Shown one piece after another: positions 1-8,858 of a stretch of 52,303 nt of DNA. The first letter of the stretch is position 1. Every line of letters begins with the position of its first letter. This DNA comes from a virus (taxonomy: Duplodnaviria; Caudoviricetes): positions 1-52,303 of IMG/VR virus record IMGVR_UViG_3300025669_000001; one strand, written 5' to 3'. The position numbers and the translations under genes were made by a program. Under the pieces are notes generated by a model. It saw only the letters and a program-made list of their open reading frames with translations. It searched no databases and was not told where the DNA came from.

Positions 1-127
1 ACACAATTTGTATTAAGCCTAAACAGAAAAAAGGTATACAGTTTCGGAGCGTCCGCTGCATTTATCTCACACGCACTCACATTCTACAGGTCTGAATAAT
101 GGCATTTACCGCACAAATGAAAAAGGC
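1..127. repeat. Terminal overlap identical to 52177-52303 (circular assembly)
   Basis: Exact 127-bp identity; the TAATG stop/start junction of genes 51832..52275 and 99..1838 reads through it. Confidence 0.97.
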
Positions 128-1838
128 TTTAAAGTATCAATCGGGGATGAACGTTCAAGTTGAAGTTGTCGTAGATCCAGATGGTGACGCTTACAAGCTT
201 GACGGCTTTCATGATATTAAAATGATTAACCCGATTAATCAGGAATTAATAGTTGATCCGGTTGGTATGGAGCAGATAGTTCTTTACGATTTACAGATAG
301 AATTTAACGATCCTAATGAATTCTTTTGTCCATCGGCAGGATTGCAGGTTGGGTATACACCTTTCCGTTCTGAAATGGCATACCTTAAAACCACATCAAC
401 AGCAAATACGGTTACGGTTGATGAGCCTAGTTTCTATCCGTTTAAGGCTAACGACTTAGTTGATGTAACCGATGGAAATAACAAGGAAACATCTTTAGTC
501 GGTAGTGTGGATAACACGGGTGCAAATCAGATAGTCAACCTTGACACTGCATTGGCAAATACATACGCAGCAGGAAGCGTTGTAACGAATGATCCCATAT
601 ACGGAAAGCAGGTAACAGTTCAAGTTAGAGCAAGTGGTTTAGGATTGACTGAAACACAGACCATATTCAGGGGCGTTATTAGAAAGCCATTTACATGGAT
701 GAATGGCTCTGCAATTATATACGTTGACAATATACTTGCAGAGATCTTAAATGAAAACTTGTCATATCAGATAGAAGATTACAACCCTACTCCGTGGCAA
801 AAGATGGACAATGACGGAACGCTAATCAATGGTTTTGAATGGACAACACAAACAGGTAGCGGTTCATTTGCCGGTGGTCTGGTTGTTTATGCAGGCGCAA
901 AGATTGGCGGTTGGGTTTTAACGTTTACAAGTCCAACAGCTTATAACATTACTGGACCGGGTTTCAATGGCGCAACTGGTAGTACTGCATCGGATTATAC
1001 GAACGCTCAAATACAAATACTATCAGCTCAATGGTCCGGCACTCCTGCAATAGGTGACGTTTTTGAATTCTCAATACGTGTAAATTATACCGGACTAGTT
1101 CCATCGGTAGTTTTATTTAGAACGCTTTTTACTCACCTTGGAAATAGTGTAGATTTAATAGATAGTAGCGGCACATTCTCAGATGCATTCTTGGCAACGT
1201 TTACCACTGATTTAATGTCAATATCATTTGAGGAAACTATAACGGTAGGCGAGGCATTGCTTGTTATTGCCGCACATTTACCTGGATCTTTATTTCAGAA
1301 TACACAGGGTGAATTAGCGGTTGACTTGCTTAAATCAGACTTCACATATAATGAGCCTAGTTCATCATTGACAGGGCCGAACGTTAGAGCAAGAGACGTT
1401 ACGATAGGCCAAACAATTTTCTACAATGAATTTATTATAAATTATGGTTACGATTACGATTTAGGTGATAACCAATTTCAATACACTTATCCCGAAGCTG
1501 ATAATGAAAACCCATCCTTGAAAGTGTATGGTGCAAAACGATCTGTATTGATTGACGTTCCTGGAATTTACACAGAGGCAAGGGCAAAGCGGATTGCGAA
1601 ACGCCATTATTTATTCTGGGCTTTCGGTCGTAAAACGTATACAACCGAGGGGGATGCAAGGGAAGTTGATCTGTCTCTTATCAATTCAGTGTACACCATG
1701 ACAGGGTTCGATTTTGGAACTACTACATTCGCAGAGAAAGTAATGGGATTAGTTCGTACTATTTCGTCAAGCGGAATTACGGTAAAAATTACAACCATCA
1801 AACAGGATACTTCAGATCCGCAGGGAGCGTGGTCATGA
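99..1838 (+). CDS. Tail tip/hub-type structural protein
   Basis: 579 aa, T/G/S/N-rich and beta-type; two genes downstream of the tape measure across the circular junction. Confidence 0.65.
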   Translation: MAFTAQMKKALKYQSGMNVQVEVVVDPDGDAYKLDGFHDIKMINPINQELIVDPVGMEQIVLYDLQIEFNDPNEFFCPSAGLQVGYTPFRSEMAYLKTTSTANTVTVDEPSFYPFKANDLVDVTDGNNKETSLVGSVDNTGANQIVNLDTALANTYAAGSVVTNDPIYGKQVTVQVRASGLGLTETQTIFRGVIRKPFTWMNGSAIIYVDNILAEILNENLSYQIEDYNPTPWQKMDNDGTLINGFEWTTQTGSGSFAGGLVVYAGAKIGGWVLTFTSPTAYNITGPGFNGATGSTASDYTNAQIQILSAQWSGTPAIGDVFEFSIRVNYTGLVPSVVLFRTLFTHLGNSVDLIDSSGTFSDAFLATFTTDLMSISFEETITVGEALLVIAAHLPGSLFQNTQGELAVDLLKSDFTYNEPSSSLTGPNVRARDVTIGQTIFYNEFIINYGYDYDLGDNQFQYTYPEADNENPSLKVYGAKRSVLIDVPGIYTEARAKRIAKRHYLFWAFGRKTYTTEGDAREVDLSLINSVYTMTGFDFGTTTFAEKVMGLVRTISSSGITVKITTIKQDTSDPQGAWS

Positions 1839-2308
1839 GAGACAAGACAGTATTGATTTTTAATTTAGACGGAACTGAAGTAGGGTTTTACGAAGAAGAA
1901 GTAAGCCAAGTTGAATTGTTTACGGAACAGAGGGAACAGTTTTTCCTTGAATATGAAGGCGCACATTTTATCCGTAAATCGTTTGGTGTTTCTACAAGTA
2001 GATTTGTTGTTAAGTTTAACAACCTATACACGGATACACTAACAAGGATTCAGCAACTTTACGATCATAAAGATTTTGATTTTGGTGGCGGCAGTAATTC
2101 ACAAGCTGAATCAATGCAGATGTTTTACGAATACGGATTCAATACAGCAACAAACAAATGGGTACAAATGAAGCGTGATGATATGATGTGGTTTTACGAG
2201 ATGGGCAGAAAAGCGGCAGGTCAAGTTATCACAATTAATTTTATAGAAGTCAAGCCAAGTAACGTTGTGGCGGTTTATGATTTACTGGACGATGTAATAA
2301 CAATTTAA
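1835..2308 (+). CDS. Putative minor tail protein (possible paralogue of 51832..52275)
   Basis: ATG 1835 after GGGAG, ATGA overlap with upstream stop; tail-module context. Confidence 0.55.
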   Translation: MRDKTVLIFNLDGTEVGFYEEEVSQVELFTEQREQFFLEYEGAHFIRKSFGVSTSRFVVKFNNLYTDTLTRIQQLYDHKDFDFGGGSNSQAESMQMFYEYGFNTATNKWVQMKRDDMMWFYEMGRKAAGQVITINFIEVKPSNVVAVYDLLDDVITI

Positions 2309-2319
2309 AGGATTGAATT

Positions 2320-2586
2320 ATGGCATGGGGACAAAAATGGCCTAGGCCGGTTGTAACTGATGATACGACCGGATCAGATGACACGACAGCGCACACAGTT
2401 AAATTGCAACCGATAAACGCAGCATATCCAACAAGCTCAATCGCAATGGCTCAGTGTACGGTTGAAACTCAGATATGGAAACTTGCATCAGATTTATTGG
2501 CAGATGATATGCATTACGATCTGTATATAAACGGTTCAAAGATCAGACGCTATCTTGCACCAAACGCAATAGCAAATTTAGGATAG
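2320..2586 (+). CDS. Hypothetical tail-module protein
   Basis: AAGGA RBS, 88 aa. Confidence 0.6.
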   Translation: MAWGQKWPRPVVTDDTTGSDDTTAHTVKLQPINAAYPTSSIAMAQCTVETQIWKLASDLLADDMHYDLYINGSKIRRYLAPNAIANLG

Positions 2587-2596
2587 GAGTATTAAG

Positions 2597-3115
2597 ATGA
2601 AAAAGTTTATAGTACTTACAATTGTACTGACATGCGCAAACTTATTTGCACAAGGGAATTTTAAACCTATACGGGTCAGACCGTCTTCAATAGTCGAAAC
2701 TGTTGAGGCATCAATCACAACCGATTCCTGCACGTTCTGGATCTCAACATTGGGAACTGATACGTCAGCCACATTTGACGCTTGGCCTTTCAACATGAGT
2801 AACAACTTTTGGTGTGGCGATACTTCAGGAGATGATTCAGTTGACATTGATATTGAATATTGGTCATGTACAAGGGCAGACGATACCTTTCAAGACATGT
2901 TTGATAGTTGGGTGCTTGTCGAGTCGTGGACTATTACAGCGGATTCCGTAGTATCAAAACAGGCGATCACAGATAACACAATTCCACTTGATGAAAATGG
3001 AAGGTACGTTGTCAAGGGTGGTGCTGATAATAAAGTGAAGGGTTCAATAGCTGTGAGAATTAAACATCAAAACGCTACTGAAAATTACAACACCGCTGCA
3101 ATCAAAAGGAGATAA
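2597..3115 (+). CDS. Signal-peptide protein in tail module
   Basis: AGGAG RBS; N-terminus MKKFIVLTIVLTCANLFA|Q. Confidence 0.7.
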   Translation: MKKFIVLTIVLTCANLFAQGNFKPIRVRPSSIVETVEASITTDSCTFWISTLGTDTSATFDAWPFNMSNNFWCGDTSGDDSVDIDIEYWSCTRADDTFQDMFDSWVLVESWTITADSVVSKQAITDNTIPLDENGRYVVKGGADNKVKGSIAVRIKHQNATENYNTAAIKRR

Positions 3116-3116
3116 C

Positions 3117-4364
3117 GTGAAAAATAAAACATTACTTCTAGCGTTACTTGTTCCGGCTTTACTTTTCGGACAATCAAAATGGACTAAGAATTTTAACAGT
3201 CTGGGTCATGCTTATGTAAATTCTGCAATTGAAAACGCATCAACGTCAGCAGATATTTCCACCGTTGATTCCGCAGCCGTCAAATTCTGGATGGTTACCG
3301 GTGGTGATGAGTGGAATATATCAATGTATAATGCGCTTGGAGTTTTGACGTTTAATGTTGATTCAGTTGGCACTGGTTATTTTTTAACCTCAGTCTTAAC
3401 CGACAAAGTACAAGCCAATACTTCAGCAGGGTTAAGCTTATTTGAAGATGGTGGAACGGGGCTGTTTGTAGAAAATGGCGGGCAGGTTGGGATTAATGAT
3501 ATTACACCAACTTATGGATTAGATGTTAATGGTACATTTAGAGTAACGGGTAATGGAGTATTCGACGCAATGGCCGGAGTTGGGCTTGTTACTCCTGTTT
3601 TAAATTTACACGTGAGGGGAGATGTTGGCCTCCCCGCTAGTTCAGGAACAGCTCCAACAGGTGTAATGCGCCTCGGCTCTGCTGCCGGTGTCGGTGTTAT
3701 AGATTTTGGCGGTGATTTTGCATCTACGGGCAAGGGCTGGATTCAGGTATATAACAAAACAAACTTAGCAACAAACTACGCACTATTATTGAACCCTAAT
3801 GGTGGAAACGTAGGTATAAATGAAACATCCCCAGACTCAACGCTTGAAGTAAACGGTTCTGGACACTTTACAGAGAGCTTACTTGTTGATGAATATGTTA
3901 ACAGCAAAATACAAGTCGCTCAATTTCATAGAAATGTAGACCTCGCAAGTGCCGGCACTGATACTTGGTATGATGTGGCATGGGATACATTAATTGCCGT
4001 TGAATCTACAAAAGGTTTTACGTTTAATGCTGATTCAACCGGGTTCATTACAAGTGTTGACGGTATTGTTAGAGTTCAGGGTTGCGGACACTGGGAATGG
4101 AGTGGAGGCAACACTGATGCTAAGCTTTACATTAGAGTGCTAGTAAATACTGATGAGGCGAGGTGTTTACAATCTAACGATGACAGAGCGTTTAAATCTG
4201 CTGACGATGGAATGCTGTCGTTTATTGGAACTGTTTTTGTTAATTCAGGTGATGAGATTTCTATACAGTATAGAGTAAATAATGGTAATCTTGATTGGGG
4301 TGGTTCGGTAGTGTTTGATGATCCGGCTGCATTCTCTGTTAACTTTGAAAAAATATCAAATTAA
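3117..4364 (+). CDS. Tail-fibre-like protein with Sec signal peptide
   Basis: GTG start after AGGAG; MKNKTLLLALLVPALLFG|Q; repeats GQVGINDITP..LDVNG and GNVGINETSP..LEVNG; beta-rich C-terminal domain. Confidence 0.7.
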   Translation: MKNKTLLLALLVPALLFGQSKWTKNFNSLGHAYVNSAIENASTSADISTVDSAAVKFWMVTGGDEWNISMYNALGVLTFNVDSVGTGYFLTSVLTDKVQANTSAGLSLFEDGGTGLFVENGGQVGINDITPTYGLDVNGTFRVTGNGVFDAMAGVGLVTPVLNLHVRGDVGLPASSGTAPTGVMRLGSAAGVGVIDFGGDFASTGKGWIQVYNKTNLATNYALLLNPNGGNVGINETSPDSTLEVNGSGHFTESLLVDEYVNSKIQVAQFHRNVDLASAGTDTWYDVAWDTLIAVESTKGFTFNADSTGFITSVDGIVRVQGCGHWEWSGGNTDAKLYIRVLVNTDEARCLQSNDDRAFKSADDGMLSFIGTVFVNSGDEISIQYRVNNGNLDWGGSVVFDDPAAFSVNFEKISN

Positions 4365-4373
4365 GGATAAGCT

Positions 4374-4781
4374 ATGAAACTTTATGATGACAAGACGCCG
4401 ACAATAAGCACTGTAATTGCTAAAGACAAGAACGGTAAGGCCAAGACGGATGCAGACGGCAACGTTATGGGAAAGTTGTCATTTAGTTTCAATTGGAAAT
4501 CTGCATTAGCTTCATTTGCATTTCTTTTATTTGTCGGTAGGGCAGGAGCGTTTTACTTTCAAACTATAGACACCACGAAAGCCGTTAAAAGATTAAGGTC
4601 AACAGTTGACACCCTGCAAAACAAAGTCATCACTGAGCAATTGGCAAACGGTCAAAAGATGAATCTTATATTAACTTTGCTAGATCCAGAAAACGGAATG
4701 GCAAAGATAGAGAAGATCGAAGCAGACAAGGATAAACTTCTAAAGGAATTAGAGGCGAAGAAGAATGAAAAAGGATCATAA
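4374..4781 (+). CDS. Membrane protein with coiled-coil tail (lysis region)
   Basis: One TM segment (ALASFAFLLFVG) followed by a charged helical region. Confidence 0.55.
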   Translation: MKLYDDKTPTISTVIAKDKNGKAKTDADGNVMGKLSFSFNWKSALASFAFLLFVGRAGAFYFQTIDTTKAVKRLRSTVDTLQNKVITEQLANGQKMNLILTLLDPENGMAKIEKIEADKDKLLKELEAKKNEKGS

Positions 4782-5157
4782 TACTAACGGGAATTATAGG
4801 AGCTTTGTCCTGACCGAGGGCGATGGGTGCTTGCTAGATGCTGAAGAGATTCACCGCATAGAGTTTGGCGATAAGGCAAAAGTTAAATGCTTTCTAGTCC
4901 CGCCAATCGACAAAGAGTTACCAGAGCAGGAAGTTGTTCAAGATGATTTCTTTGGATTCAAATTGACAGGTATCTATTCAGATAAAGATTTAAAAGTTGT
5001 CACTGCTGAAGGTGGAAAGGAATTCCCGAAACATTCACATCCTGGCAAAGAATGGATTCAAGTTATAACCGGTTCAATCACGGTCTATTGTTATCGAGTA
5101 TTGGCAATAGGTTTTATAGTAATGGCTTTAAATGGAGCGATGTCATATTATGGATGA
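4765..5157 (+). CDS. Cupin-like protein, possibly truncated
   Basis: FPKHSHPGKEWIQVITGSITV matches cupin motif 1; motif 2 is not evident. Confidence 0.5.
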   Translation: MKKDHNTNGNYRSFVLTEGDGCLLDAEEIHRIEFGDKAKVKCFLVPPIDKELPEQEVVQDDFFGFKLTGIYSDKDLKVVTAEGGKEFPKHSHPGKEWIQVITGSITVYCYRVLAIGFIVMALNGAMSYYG

Positions 5158-5314
5158 TACAAGACCAACATGTAAACAGGTTCCAATAGTGTGGGCTTCC
5201 TGTCCAACCAACCCGCCTTATAATTGTCCAATCTGTCCACCTGGTACAAATTTCTGTGCAGGGTTCGATCAGGAAGCATACGACAAAATGAAAGAAGAAA
5301 CTGAAGAGGCTTAA
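5150..5314 (+). CDS. Small Cys/Pro-rich protein
   Basis: CPTNPPYNCPICPPGTNFC; fills the gap before the endolysin candidate. Confidence 0.45.
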   Translation: MDDTRPTCKQVPIVWASCPTNPPYNCPICPPGTNFCAGFDQEAYDKMKEETEEA

Positions 5315-5315
5315 C

Positions 5316-5708
5316 ATGCGATTGATAACATTGGCTAGAACTTCATACACAAAGTACGGAACGTATGGAATAATGCTTGACGAAACAATGACTCCAATTT
5401 GTGTTACACTTGAAAGGCCGTGGACAAATAACAAAAAGAATGATTCATGTATTCCGGTTGATACTTACAAGGTTGAACGGATGGATACAGAAAAGAGTCA
5501 TTTCATGTTAGAGCCAAAATACAACCGTGACGGAATAATGATTCACCGAGGGAATACAATCAAGGACAGTACGGGTTGTATATTGTTAGGCACTTACTTT
5601 ATCGGGACGGGAATTGGAGAAAGCCGGAAAGCATATGATAAATTTGTAGGTTACTTCCATGAAGATGAAGAGTTCAATCTCTTGATAACTGGAAGTCCTG
5701 ACGAATGA
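5316..5708 (+). CDS. DUF5675-family protein, putative endolysin
   Basis: TLERPW..SCIP..Y and IMIHRGNT..DSTGCILLG motifs; close to a holin-like gene. Confidence 0.75.
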   Translation: MRLITLARTSYTKYGTYGIMLDETMTPICVTLERPWTNNKKNDSCIPVDTYKVERMDTEKSHFMLEPKYNRDGIMIHRGNTIKDSTGCILLGTYFIGTGIGESRKAYDKFVGYFHEDEEFNLLITGSPDE

Positions 5709-5726
5709 ATACAAGGAGAAAAAAAG

Positions 5727-6098
5727 ATGGTAACAGTTGAGAAAGTAAAGAAGAATATCAAAGCGTGGTCTGATTGGTCTAAATTAACCAAGCCTGAAAA
5801 GGTTGAATTCCTAGAGGCATACAATAGAGAGTGGAAAGAAAATCTAGGAAAGTACATGCCTCCAATGGGAACTAGAAAATCAGACGCTCTCAAAATGGAA
5901 CTACCTGATTATATAATCAACAACTATAAAAAGAATCAGCTAACCGAACTGATGGTATTAGTATACGATTCTTTCAAGGGTGCAAAGACAGTAATTGATG
6001 AGAGAACGCCAAAGATCATAAGGATTTTAAAGGGGTTAAAATACTTAGCGTTATTGGTTGCGAAATTGTACCTAACATTTAAAGGTGTAAAAATCTAA
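5727..6098 (+). CDS. Hypothetical protein
   Basis: AGGAG RBS, 123 aa, hydrophobic C-terminus. Confidence 0.6.
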   Translation: MVTVEKVKKNIKAWSDWSKLTKPEKVEFLEAYNREWKENLGKYMPPMGTRKSDALKMELPDYIINNYKKNQLTELMVLVYDSFKGAKTVIDERTPKIIRILKGLKYLALLVAKLYLTFKGVKI

Positions 6099-6110
6099 GG
6101 AGAAACAAAG

Positions 6111-6311
6111 ATGAAATTCTTTACAGCAATTTGGAAATGGTTAGACGGTAACAAAACACTTATTGGAACTTTATTGATAGTACTATTGCAAGGCGGTATG
6201 TTTGGCGAGGCCGGAGTATTGTTTGATGTAATCACATGGCTATCTGGAATCATGGTTGCCGGTGGCGTTGTTCATAAGATCGCAAAGGGAACAAGTAACA
6301 CCGGTAAATAA
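6111..6311 (+). CDS. Putative holin
   Basis: 66 aa, two TM segments, WLDGNKTLIG N-terminus, basic C-terminus; last gene before terminator. Confidence 0.7.
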   Translation: MKFFTAIWKWLDGNKTLIGTLLIVLLQGGMFGEAGVLFDVITWLSGIMVAGGVVHKIAKGTSNTGK

Positions 6312-6359
6312 ATTATATCCAAATCTCAACGATAACTTACCCCTTTAGTTATCAACTTG

Positions 6360-6392
6360 AACCCTTCATATTGTTTGAGGGGTTTTTGTTTT
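6360..6392 (+). terminator. Intrinsic terminator ending the late/lysis operon
   Basis: AACCCTTCA-TATTGTT-TGAGGGGTT followed by TTTGTTTT. Confidence 0.75.
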
Positions 6393-6464
6393 ATATAAAC
6401 CATTGTAAATTATAGACGTATTACTATAACCAAATGAAGAGTAATAATTTTTATTAAATAAGAC

Positions 6465-6493
6465 TTGACATTGATGTTAAGGTTTATTATCTT
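6465..6493 (+). promoter_or_regulatory. Sigma70-type promoter
   Basis: TTGACA-17-TATCTT with AT-rich upstream region. Confidence 0.7.
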
Positions 6494-6533
6494 TATACCA
6501 GACAGAGAAACCAACTTAATTAAGGAGCTTAAA

Positions 6534-6710
6534 ATGTTAGTGTATGAAAAACTTAAAAAACAGGCTGACAAAATTATTACGGTAAAGATAAGTAAAGATA
6601 TTCCCCTACAGAGACTAGGTGTCATAGTCGCAACCGCACATCTTGAAAGATACGGTTATTATACATACACTCAATGCAATAAAAATGTATTGCTCATATT
6701 GGGGTCATAA
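6534..6710 (+). CDS. Small hypothetical protein
   Basis: AAGGAG RBS before ATG 6534; the track start at 6465 is the -35 box. Confidence 0.55.
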   Translation: MLVYEKLKKQADKIITVKISKDIPLQRLGVIVATAHLERYGYYTYTQCNKNVLLILGS

Positions 6711-6712
6711 TT

Positions 6713-7285
6713 ATGAAAGCCATTATTGCATGTGAAGAAAGCCAAGCCGTTACAATTGAGTTTCGTAAAATTGGGATTGAAGCGTTTTATTGTGATACAC
6801 TCCCTTGTTCTGGTGGTCATCCTGAATGGCATTTACAACAAGATGTTATTCCATTGCTTGAAGAGAACTGGGATATGATAATTGCATTTCCGCCCTGCAC
6901 TCATTTGGCGGTTAGTGGTGCGAGGTGGTTTGAAGAAAAAAGACAGGATGGCAGGCAACAGCAAGGCATTAATTTCTTTATGGAATTCACAAAAACAAAA
7001 TGTAATATGGTTGCCGTTGAAAATCCAATAGGAATAATGAGTACGCTTTACCGTAAACCAGACCAGATAATCCAACCGTGGCAATTTGGACATGGAGAAA
7101 CAAAGTCTACCTGTCTATGGCTCAAGGGACTACCACTGTTGATGCCTACAAATATTGTGAATGGAAGAGAGCCAAGAATACATAAAATGCCGCCAACAGA
7201 GAATAGATCAAAATTGAGAAGTAAAACATTTCCCGGAATAGCAAAAGCAATGGCTGAACAGTGGGGGAAATTACTAGAAGGTTAA
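6713..7285 (+). CDS. Short C5-cytosine DNA methyltransferase-like protein
   Basis: IIACEESQ (motif I-like), AFPPCTHL (catalytic PC), VENP, QPWQFGH, RSKTFPGIAKAMAEQWG. Confidence 0.8.
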   Translation: MKAIIACEESQAVTIEFRKIGIEAFYCDTLPCSGGHPEWHLQQDVIPLLEENWDMIIAFPPCTHLAVSGARWFEEKRQDGRQQQGINFFMEFTKTKCNMVAVENPIGIMSTLYRKPDQIIQPWQFGHGETKSTCLWLKGLPLLMPTNIVNGREPRIHKMPPTENRSKLRSKTFPGIAKAMAEQWGKLLEG

Positions 7286-7308
7286 TGTTATATGCGGAGG
7301 AGCCAGAA

Positions 7309-7605
7309 ATGATAAATCAAAAGCTAATTGAAATAGTAACCATCAAGCCATTCAATGAAGCGGCAGCACAAGCTTTGAAATCTGAAATTGAAAATCAGTG
7401 TCCGACTGTTGACGATCTGCGAAAGTTTGTAATTGAGATTGATGAGGAGATGCAAGCTTCGTCCGGTGACATACTTTTGAATTTGGGAATCATTAACCGT
7501 TGCGCAATCTACATGCTACGTGACCGCATGAAATTAGACATGCCCAAAATAGATCACATGGCATTCTTAATGCAAGAACAGCGAAGGCATATACATTTAA
7601 TATAA
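7309..7605 (+). CDS. Hypothetical protein
   Basis: GGAGGAG RBS before ATG 7309. Confidence 0.6.
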   Translation: MINQKLIEIVTIKPFNEAAAQALKSEIENQCPTVDDLRKFVIEIDEEMQASSGDILLNLGIINRCAIYMLRDRMKLDMPKIDHMAFLMQEQRRHIHLI

Positions 7606-7695
7606 TTATCAACCCCTGTCCGTAGTCGGATAGTCCGGCAAACTCGTAACTCAAAATCACTTCACACGGGCAGGGGAATTTAAAGGAGAATTAAA

Positions 7696-7872
7696 ATGTA
7701 CAAGTCAATAGACCTTTCAATAAGCGTATTCATTCCAACAGAACCGGCAACAGATCAGAAGATTGAAGAATGGGTAAAGTTTCAATTGGGTGCGATAGGT
7801 GGAATATCAATCGAGAATCCACTACATGAACATGACATGGAATGCGACATTAACAACTTAATGATTAGATGA
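7696..7872 (+). CDS. Small hypothetical protein (58 aa, not in ORF track)
   Basis: AAAGGAG RBS; MYKSIDLSISVFIPTEP...NNLMIR*. Confidence 0.65.
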   Translation: MYKSIDLSISVFIPTEPATDQKIEEWVKFQLGAIGGISIENPLHEHDMECDINNLMIR

Positions 7873-7973
7873 GGCGAATTCGACAACCCTACCGAATAGC
7901 TACGTTACATTCCCCCTTGTAAAAGAGGGGGAACACGCCATAGGTGGGTTAATTTAAATATAAGGAAACCAAA

Positions 7974-8312
7974 ATGAAAAAGCAAAAAGTACACCCTTTA
8001 ATGATCCAAGCAATGAAAGACTTGTTGCATTATTACGAGACAGGGGAAGGCGAAGAGATAAAAGATAATTGTGCGTTATGCACAGCCGCAAGTGAAATAC
8101 AAGAGGATTCATTATTCCATACTGGCATTTGTGAGACTATTTGCGATCCGTGTTCATGGAGAATATTCACAGACGAGTGTTGTCCTGATTTTGTTATTGG
8201 TCAAGTGGATATATCAGATGCAAGAGAAACACGAAATGAAGCATGGCTTAAAATCCGCATCCCCCAATTAAAACAATGGATAGAACATTCAATTCCAAGT
8301 GAGGAGACATGA
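7974..8312 (+). CDS. Cys-rich hypothetical protein
   Basis: CALC..C..ICDPCSW..CCP; AAGGA RBS. Confidence 0.65.
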   Translation: MKKQKVHPLMIQAMKDLLHYYETGEGEEIKDNCALCTAASEIQEDSLFHTGICETICDPCSWRIFTDECCPDFVIGQVDISDARETRNEAWLKIRIPQLKQWIEHSIPSEET

Positions 8313-8569
8313 AATTTTTAGAAGCTTTGAAGAAGTTGGATATACAGCAATATGCCGACAGAATATATAATAGTAATTCACGGGGAGAGTTGTTTCATTT
8401 GATGGATTACTTTTTTATGGCTGAACACATAAAGGACGGGATGGCTCCAACTTTCAAAGAATGGTTTGACAATATCGTGAAAGAAGCAGAGGAAACTTGG
8501 GATAGGCCAGAGTCTGTATTCCAACATATTCCAAGAATTTTAGCAGAGCAGGGATTGATAAAGTGGTAA
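8309..8569 (+). CDS. Hypothetical protein
   Basis: GAGGAG RBS, ATGA overlap. Confidence 0.65.
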   Translation: MKFLEALKKLDIQQYADRIYNSNSRGELFHLMDYFFMAEHIKDGMAPTFKEWFDNIVKEAEETWDRPESVFQHIPRILAEQGLIKW

Positions 8570-8586
8570 CATTTAAAAGAAAACAC

Positions 8587-8615
8587 TTGCAATTCTTATT
8601 AAAACTTATTACATT
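8587..8615 (+). promoter_or_regulatory. Sigma70-type promoter
   Basis: TTGCAA-17-TACATT; spacer resembles those at 21299, 34776 and 36858. Confidence 0.6.
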
Positions 8616-8649
8616 AGGTATACATTAATCTGATAGGAGATTTAACAGA

Positions 8650-8850
8650 ATGGGGAAACCAAAAGTAACACGACACAGAACAATCAGCCTTCGACTCGTT
8701 AACACTGAAGGTGCGGAACTTCAAGAACTCGATATAGTTGAGCGACTATTTGAACGTGAATGTACAGGCGTTGGCAAGCGTAGCCAAAGTGCAGTTATCA
8801 CAAACTTGATGCTGACGGATCAATTGGATTTTGAAAAGAATAATAAATAG
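8650..8850 (+). CDS. Small protein, possible ribbon-helix-helix regulator
   Basis: AGGAG RBS; RTISLRL..ERLFE..SQSAVITNLM pattern. Confidence 0.45.
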   Translation: MGKPKVTRHRTISLRLVNTEGAELQELDIVERLFERECTGVGKRSQSAVITNLMLTDQLDFEKNNK

Positions 8851-8858
8851 GTGATGAA

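Noticed and set aside
1-127. Biological direct terminal repeat
   Set aside because: 127 bp matches a common assembler k-mer overlap and falls inside coupled tail genes; better explained as a circularisation artefact
1702-1717. CAGGGTTCGATTTTGG T-arm-like sequence
   Set aside because: Inside a tail CDS, imperfect stem, no acceptor or D-arm
3117-4364. Diversity-generating retroelement target
   Set aside because: No reverse transcriptase and no TR/VR repeat pair noticed
7885-7950. IscB omegaRNA/HEARO-like RNA (CTACGTT motif)
   Set aside because: Only a 7-nt resemblance, too short, and no IscB/TnpB gene nearby
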